Source of the DNA: the human T2T-CHM13v2.0 reference genome, Homo sapiens
Direction of reading: 5' to 3'
DNA: 64,000 nt
Assembly (NCBI GenBank): GCA_009914755.4
Contig: CP086569.2
Coordinates: 28,448,001 to 28,512,000, forward strand
The notes beneath the pieces were generated by a model. It was not told where the DNA came from. It ran no database searches and was given only the letters and a program-made list of their open reading frames with translations. Shown here one piece after another: positions 56,518 through 64,000 of this stretch. Position 1 is the stretch's first letter; each line of letters begins with the position of its first letter. Position numbers and translations under genes: made by a program.

Positions 56518-59500
56518 GTAATGGACAGGCCTGGAATAAAGTGGAATGCTACGGTCTCGAATGGAATAAAAATGTATGGAATGGAATGCAATGAAACGGA
56601 ATCGAATGTCATAGAATGTAATGGAATGCAAAAAAATGGAATCCAAAATCATTGACTGGAAAGGCTGGGTGTCGAAAGGAATTGACTCCAATGGAATGGA
56701 ATCGAATGGAATGGAAGTGAATAGAATCGAACTGAATCGAATGGAATGGAATTGATAGGAACGGAATGGAAAGGAATGCAATGATTTGGCATGGAATGGA
56801 ATCGAATGGCATCGAATGGAATGGAATGGAATGCAATGCAATGGAATGTATTAGAATGTAATGAACTTTAAAGGAATGTACTCGAATGGATTCGACTGGA
56901 ATGGAATGTTCTGGAAGTGAATGGACTCCAATGGAATGGATTGAAAAGGAATGGAATCGTACGGAATGGAATCTAATGGAATGGAATTAAATGGAAATGA
57001 ATCAAATTGAATAGCACGAAATTGAATTGAATGGAATCGAATGCAATGGAATCTAATGAAATGGAAAGGAATGGAATGGAATGGAATGGAATGGGCTGGA
57101 ATGGAAAGGAATCGAAACGAATGGAATGGAATCGAACTGAGGAGACTGGAATGGAATACACTTCAATGGAAGGGAATGTAATGGAAGGTTCTCGAAAAAA
57201 ATGGAAACGAATGGAATGGAATTGAATGGAACGGAATAGAGTCGAATGGAATTGAATGGAATGGAATGGACTAGAGTGAAATGGAATCGAACCACAAGGA
57301 ATGGACAGGAATAGAATGGTCTCGAATTGAACGGAATCGTATGGAATGGCATCAAACGGAATGGAATGGACAGCCACGGAATGGAATGCACTCGAATGCA
57401 ATGGAGTCGAAACTAATGGACTGGAATAGAATGGACTCGACTGGTACGGACTCCAATGGAATGGAATCGAATGGAAGGGAATCGAACGGAATGGACTCGA
57501 AGGGAAAAGACTGCAATGGAAAGGTCTCGAATGGAATGGAAATTAATGGAATGGAATGGAATCGAATGAAATGGAGTCAAAAGGAATGGAATCGAATGGC
57601 AAGAAATCGAATGTAATGGAATCGCAAGGAATTGATGTGAACGGAACGGAATGGAATGGAATCCAAAGGAATGGAATAGAATGGAATGGAATCGAATGGA
57701 AAGGACTCGAATGGAAATCACTCGAATAGAATGCAATTTAATAAAATAGGATGAAATGTAATGGAATGGAATGGAAAGGAATCGAAACGAAAGGAATGGA
57801 GACAGATGGAATGGAATGGAACAGAGAGCAATGGTATAGAATGGAATGGAATCATCTGGAATGGAATTGAATGGAATGGAATAATATGAAATGGAATGGA
57901 ATGGAATGGAATGCCCTTGAATTAAATGGACTGGAATGGAATGGACTCGAACAGAGTGGAATGGAAAGTGTTGAGATAGAATGGAATGGAATCGTTGGGA
58001 ATGGTCTAGTATGCAATGCAATCGACTGGCAGGGAATCAAAAGGAATGTAATCGAATGGATTGGACTGGAATGCAATGGACTCGAATAGATTGGAAACGG
58101 AATGCAAAGGAATGGAATGGAATAGTATGGAATGGAATGGAAAGGAATGGAGTGGAATAGACTAGAGTGGAATGGAATGGACTCGAAAGCAATGGACTGG
58201 AATGGAACTTTCTTGAATGGATTGGAATCAAACGGAATGGAATGCAATGCAATCAAATGGCATGGAATAAAATAGAATGAAAGAGAATCAAATGGAATGG
58301 AATCGAATGGAATCGAATGGATTGGAAAGGAATAGAATGGAATGGAATGGAATTGACTCAAATGGAATGGACTAGAATGGAATGGATTCGAATGGAAGGC
58401 AAAGGAATGGAATCTATTGGAATGGACTGCAATGGAATGGAATGGAAGGGATTGGAATGGACTCGAATGGAATGGACTGCAATAGAAAGGATTCGAATGG
58501 CATGAAAAAGAATTGAATGGAATAGAACAGAATGGAATCAAATCGAATGAAATGGAATGGAATAGAAAGGAATGGAATGAAATGGAATGGAAAGGATTCG
58601 AATGGAATGCAATCGAATGGAATGGAATCGAACGGAATGGAATAAAATGGAAGCAAACTGGCAAGAAATGGAATCGAAATGAATGGAGTGTTATGGATCG
58701 GACTCAAAATGAATTGAATGTAATAGAATGGAGTGGAGTGGACTCGAATATAATGGACTGGAATGGAATGAAATCACATGGAATGGGAACGAATGGAATG
58801 GAATGGAAAGGAATGGAATCGAATGGAAAGGAATCGAATGGAAGGGAATGAAATTGAATCAACAGGAATGGAAGGGAATAGAATAGACGGTAATGGAATG
58901 GACTCGAATAGAATGGACACGAATGCTCAAATTGAATGGACTCGAATGGAATGGAAACGAAAGGAATGTCATCGAATGGAATGGAATCGATTGGAATGAA
59001 ATCGCATAGAATGGAGTGGAATCAAATGGAATTGAATCGAAAGGAAAGGAAGCGAATGGACTGAAATGAAATGGAATGGAATTGAATGGAAAGTAATGCA
59101 ATGGAATAGAATGGAACGAAATTTCACGGAATGGAATCAAACTGAATGGAATCAAATCAATGGAATATAATCAAATGGAATGGAAAGGAATTGAATGGAG
59201 TAGATGGGATTGGATGGGATTGGAATGAAATGTACTGGAAAGGACTCGAATTTCATGAAACGGAATGGAATGAATTGGAACGGAATGGACTCGAATGGAA
59301 TGGAATGTCATGGAATGGCATCAAATGGAATGGCATCAAATGGAATGGAATCGAATGCAATGGATTGCTATGGAATGGAATGGAATGCATTGGAATGGAA
59401 TGTCCTCTAATGGAATGGATTCGAGTGGAATGGAATCGAATATAATGGAGTCGAATGAAATGGAATTGAAAGGAATGGGATCGAATACAATGGAATATAC

Positions 59501-60051
59501 TGGAATGTAATGTAATGAACTCGAATGTAATTGACTGGAATGGAATGTACATGAATGGAATGTAATCGAATGGAAAGTAATCCAATGGAATAGAATCTAA
59601 TGCAATAAAATCTACTCAGATAGAGTAGAATGTAATGGAATGGAGTGCAGTGCAATGGAATGGAATGGAATGGAATGCAATGGAGTGGAATGGAATGGGA
59701 TGGAATGGTATGGAATGGATAGTAATGGACTGGAGTGAAATGGACTGGAAAGGAATGGACTCAAATTGAAAGGGCTCGAAAGGAATGGAGTCAAATGGAA
59801 TGGTCTGGAATGGAATGAACACGAATGTAATGCAATCCAATAGAATGGAATCGAATGGCATGGAATATAAAGAAATGCAATCGAAGAGAATGGAAACAAA
59901 CGGAATGGAATTGAATGGAATGGAATTGAATGGAATGGGAACGAATGGAGTGAAATTGTATGCAGTAGAAGAGAATAGAATGGAATGCAAGCGAAAGGAA
60001 AGGAATGGATTGGAATGGAATGGAATTCATTGGAATGGAAGGGAATGTAGT
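56518..60051 (+). repeat. HOR unit U16 (3534 bp). Haplotype beta. Shares private variants with U17 ('cacttcaatggaagggaatgtaatgg', 'cacgaaattg', 'ggaaacgaatgg').
   Basis: Landmark at 56518. Variants at about 57017, 57155-57180 and 57200. Confidence 0.85.
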
Positions 60052-63000
60052 GTAATGGACAGGCCTGGAATAAAGTGGAATGCTACGGTCTCGAATGGAA
60101 TAAAAATATATGGAATGGAATGCAATGAAACGGAATCGAACGTCATAGAATGTAATGGAATGCAAAAAAATGGAATCCAAAATCATTGACTGGAAAGGCT
60201 GGGTGTCGAAAGGAATTGACTCCAATGGAATGGAATCGAATGGAATGGAAGTGAATAGAATCGAACTAAATCGAATGGAATGGAATTGATAGGAACGGAA
60301 TGGAAAGGAATGCAATGATTTGGCATGGAATGGAATCGAATGGCATCGAATGGAATGGAATGGAATGCAATGGAATGGAATGTATTAGAATGTAATGAAC
60401 TTTAATGGAATGTACTCGAATGGATTCGACTGGAATGGAATGTTCTGGAAGTGAATGGACTCCAATGGAATGGATTGAAAAGGAATGGAATCGTACGGAA
60501 TGGAATCTAATGGAATGGAATTAAATGGAAATGAATCAAATTGAATAGCACGAAATTGAATTGAATGGAATCGAATGCAATGGAATCTAATGAAATGGAA
60601 AGGAAAGGAATGGAATGGAATGGGCTGGAATGGAAAGGAATCGAAACGAATGGAATGGAATCGAACTGAGGAGACTGGAATGGAATACACTTCAATGGAA
60701 GGGAATGTAATGGAAGGTTCTCGAAAAAAATGGAAACGAATGGAATGGAATTGAATGGAACGGAATAGAGTCGAATGGAATTGAATGGAATGGAATGGAC
60801 TAGAGTGAAATGGAATCGAACCACAAGGAATGGACAGGAATAGAATGGTCTCGAATTGAACGGAATCGTATGGAATGGCATCAAACGGAATGGAATGGAC
60901 AGCCACGGAATGGAATGCACTCGAATGCAATGGAGTCGAAACTAATGGACTGGAATAGAATGGACTCGACTGGTACGGACTCCAATGGAATGGAATCGAA
61001 TGGAAGGGAATCGAACGGAATGGACTCGAAGGGAAAAGACTGCAATGGAAAGGTCTCGAATGGAATGGAAATTAATGGAATGGAATGGAATCGAATGAAA
61101 TGGAGTCAAAAGGAATGGAATCGAATGGCAAGAAATCGAATGTAATGGAATCGCAAGGAATTGATGTGAACGGAACGGAATGGAATGGAATCCAAAGAAA
61201 TGGAATAGAATGGAATGGAATCGAATGGAAAGGACTCGAATGGAAATCACTCGAATAGAATGCAATTTAATAAAATAGGATGAAATGTAATGGAATGGAA
61301 TGGAAAGGAATCGAAACGAAAGGAATGGAGACAGATGGAATGGAATGGAACAGAGAGCAATGGTATAGAATGGAATGGAATCATCTGGAATGGAATTGAA
61401 TGGAATGGAATAATATGAAATGGAATGGAATGGAATGGAATGCCCTTGAATTAAATGGACTGGAATGGAATGGACTCGAACAGAGTGGAATGGAAAGTGT
61501 TGAGATAGAATGGAATGGACTCGTTGGGAATGGTCTAGTATGCAATGCAATCGACTGGCAGGGAATCAAAAGGAATGTAATCGAATGGATTGGACTGGAA
61601 TGCAATGGACTCGAATAGATTGGAAACGGAATGCAAAGGAATGGAATGGAATAGTATGGAATGGAATGGAAAGGAATGGAGTGGAATAGACTAGAGTGGA
61701 ATGGAATGGACTCGAAAGCAATGGACTGGAATGGAACTTTCTTGAATGGACTGGAATCAAACGGAATGGAATGCAATGCAATCAAATGGCATGGAATAAA
61801 ATAGAATGAAAGAGAATCAAATGGAATGGAATCGAATGGAATCGAATGGATTGGAAAGGAATAGAATGGAATGGAATGGAATTGATTCAAATGGAATGGA
61901 CTAGATTGGAATGGATTCGAATGGAAGGCAAAGGAATGGAATCTATTGGAATGGACTGCAATGGAATGGAATGGAAGGGATTGGAATGGACTCGAATGGA
62001 ATGGACTGCAATAGAAAGGATTCGAATGGCATGAAAAAGAATTGAATGGAATAGAACAGAATAGAATCAAATCGAATGAAATGGAATGGAATAGAAAGGA
62101 ATGGAATGAAATGGAATGGAAAGGATTCGAATGGAATGCAATCGAATGGAATGGAATCGAACGGAATGGAATAAAATGGAAGCAAACTGGCAAGAAATGG
62201 AATCGAAATGAATGGAGTGTTATGGATCGGACTCAAAATGAATTGAATGTAATAGAATGGAGTGGAGTGGACTCGAATATAATGGACTGGAATGGAATGA
62301 AATCACATGGAATGGGAACGAATGGAATGGAATGGAAAGGAATGGAATCGAATGGAAAGGAATCGAATGGAAGGGAATGAAATTGAATCAACAGGAATGG
62401 AAGGGAATAGAATAGACGGTAATGGAATGGACTCGAATAGAATGGACACGAATGCTCAAATTGAATGGACTCGAATGGAATGGAAACGAAAGGAATGTCA
62501 TCGAATGGAATGGAATCGATTGGAATGAAATCGCATAGAATGGAGTGGAATCAAATGGAATTGAATCGAAAGGAAAGGAAGCGAATGGACTGAAATGAAA
62601 TGGAATGGAATTGAATGGAAAGTAATGCAATGGAATAGAGTGGAACGAAATTTCACGGAATGGAATCAAACTGAATGGAATCAAATCAATGGAATATAAT
62701 CAAATGGAATGGAAAGGAATTGAATGGAGTAGATGGGATTGGATGGGATTGGAATGAAATGTACTGGAAAGGACTCGAATTTCATGAAACGGAATGGAAT
62801 GAATTGGAACGGAATGGACTCGAATGGAATGGAATGTCATGGAATGGCATCAAAAGGAATGGCATCAAATGGAATGGAATCGAATGCAATGGAATGCTAT
62901 GGAATGGAATGGAATGCATTGGAATGGAATGTCCTCTAATGGAATGGATTCGAGTGGAATGGAATCGAATATAATGGAGTCGAATGAAATGGAATTGAAA

Positions 63001-63575
63001 GGAATGGGATCGAATACAATGGAATATACTGGAATGTAATGTAATGAACTCGAATGTAATTGACTGGAATGGAATGTACATGAATGGAATGTAGTCGAAT
63101 GGAAAGTAATCCAATGGAATAGAATCTAATGCAATAAAATCGACTCAGATAGAGTAGAATGTAATGGAATGGAGTGCAGTGCAATGGAATGGAATGGAAT
63201 GCAATGAAATGGAATGGAATGGGATGGAATGGTATGGAATGGATAGTAATGGACTGGAGTGAAATGGACTGGAAAGGAATGGACTCAAATTGAAAGGGCT
63301 CGAAAGGAATGGAGTCAAATGGAATGGTCTGGAATGGAATGAACACGAATGTAATGCAATCCAATAGAATGGAATCGAATGGCATGGAATATAAAGAAAT
63401 GCAATCGAAGAGAATGGAAACAAACGGAATGGAATTGAATGGAATGGAATTGAATGGAATGGGAACGAATGGAGTGAAATTGTATGCAGTAGAAGAGAAT
63501 AGAATGGAATGCAAGCGAAAGGAAAGGAATGGATTGGAATGGAATGGAATTCATTGGAATGGAAGGGAATGTAGT
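60052..63575 (+). repeat. HOR unit U17 (3524 bp). Haplotype beta. Close relative of U16.
   Basis: Landmark at 60052. Same private variants at about 60552, 60685-60710 and 60730. Confidence 0.85.
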
Positions 63576-64000
63576 GTAATGGACAGGCCTGGAATAAAGT
63601 GGAATGCTACGGTCTCGAATGGAATAAAAATATATGGAATGGAATGCAATGAAACGGAATCGAATGTCATAGAATGTAATGGAATGCAAAAAAATGGAAT
63701 CCAAAATCATTGACTGGAAAGGCTGGGTGTCGAAAGGAATTGACTCCAATGGAATGGAATCGAATGGAATGGAAGTGAATAGAATCGAACTAAATCGAAT
63801 GGAATGGAATTGATAGGAACGGAATGGAAAGGAATGCAATGATTTGGCATGGAATGGAATCGAATGGCATCGAATGGAATGGAATGGAATGCAATGGAAT
63901 GGAATGTATTAGAATGTAATGAACTTTAATGGAATGTACTCGAATGGATTCGACTGGAATGGAATGTTCTGGAAGTGAATGGACTCCAATGGAATGGATT
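63576..64000 (+). repeat. HOR unit U18, partial (first 425 bp only). U17-like.
   Basis: Landmark at 63576. 'ggaatgcaatggaatggaatgtattag' variant shared with U17. Confidence 0.8.

Larger units (their letters stand above)
1..64000 (+). repeat. DYZ1: Satellite III (HSat3) (GGAAT)n higher-order-repeat array, about 3.53-kb period, 18 full units plus 1 partial unit; probable DYZ1 (Yq12 heterochromatin)
   Basis: Seen in sequence: the + strand is almost entirely ggaat/gcaat/ggaaa/cgaat pentamers and is about 75-80% purine. A landmark 'gtaatggacaggcctgg' recurs every 3467-3579 bp at positions 1, 3564, 7118, 10651, 14139, 17652, 21211, 24770, 28298, 31770, 35349, 38928, 42436, 45903, 49456, 52959, 56518, 60052 and 63576. 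The ORF track repeats with the same period. Established knowledge: DYZ1 is a roughly 3.4-3.56-kb HaeIII repeat built from TTCCA/GGAAT pentamers on Yq12. Confidence 0.93 for an HSat3 HOR array and about 0.65 for the DYZ1 locus assignment. Confidence 0.93.

Noticed and set aside
1-64000. Hundreds of ORFs of 60-418 aa on both strands in the supplied six-frame track. Examples are MEWNGMEWN... on + and IPFHSIPFHS... on -. The longest are 32665-33921 and 36244-37500, each 418 aa.
   Set aside because: These are artefacts of the repeat. (GGAAT)n read in any + frame gives the cyclic peptide G-M-E-W-N, and (ATTCC)n in any - frame gives I-P-F-H-S. Neither contains a stop codon, because the period of 5 is coprime to 3. 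The ATG inside GGAATGG supplies spurious start codons. The proteins are low-complexity, overlap each other in all frames and on both strands, and simply repeat with the 3.5-kb HOR period. There is no coding signal.
1-64000. Possibility of an embedded novel system (operon, defence island, mobile element, CRISPR, RNA gene) as the prompt suggests
   Set aside because: Reading through all 18 units I find no stretch that departs from pentamer-derived satellite sequence. There is no unique sequence, no transposon termini or target-site duplications, no spacer-repeat architecture, and no tRNA or rRNA-like segment. The accurate call is an ordinary, if finely structured, heterochromatic satellite array.
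1-64000. Heat-shock-factor binding elements (nGAAn repeats) as in stress-induced SatIII transcription
   Set aside because: The GAA units in (GGAAT)n are all direct and spaced at 5 bp. A canonical heat-shock element requires alternating inverted nGAAn/nTTCn units. Nothing in the sequence itself supports HSF1 binding.

Overview
The whole 64-kb window is one uninterrupted, uniformly oriented array of human-type satellite III. The pentamer GGAAT and its close variants run on the + strand, and ATTCC on the - strand. The array is organised as a higher-order repeat (HOR) of about 3.53 kb. It contains 18 complete units of 3467-3579 bp and a 425-bp partial unit at the 3' end. The unit length (first unit 3563 bp), the pentamer composition and exactly one HaeIII site (GGCC) per unit fit the classical Y-chromosome DYZ1 repeat of Yq12 heterochromatin. 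I rate that assignment as probable, about 0.65, but it cannot be proven without a database search. I can support no protein-coding gene, RNA gene, transposon insertion, CRISPR array or any novel biological system in this window. Every ORF in the supplied track is an artefact: (GGAAT)n and (ATTCC)n contain no stop codon in any frame. What is worth a second look is the internal variant architecture of the array. It shows two front-end haplotypes. A deletion of about 52 bp recurs as adjacent unit pairs every 4 units (about 14.1 kb). There are near-identical twin units. Four units carry a 20-bp tandem duplication. A pure (GGAAT)n tract varies from 3 to 9 copies through slippage. Front-end and mid-unit variants combine as a mosaic, which implies gene conversion or recombination between repeat copies.
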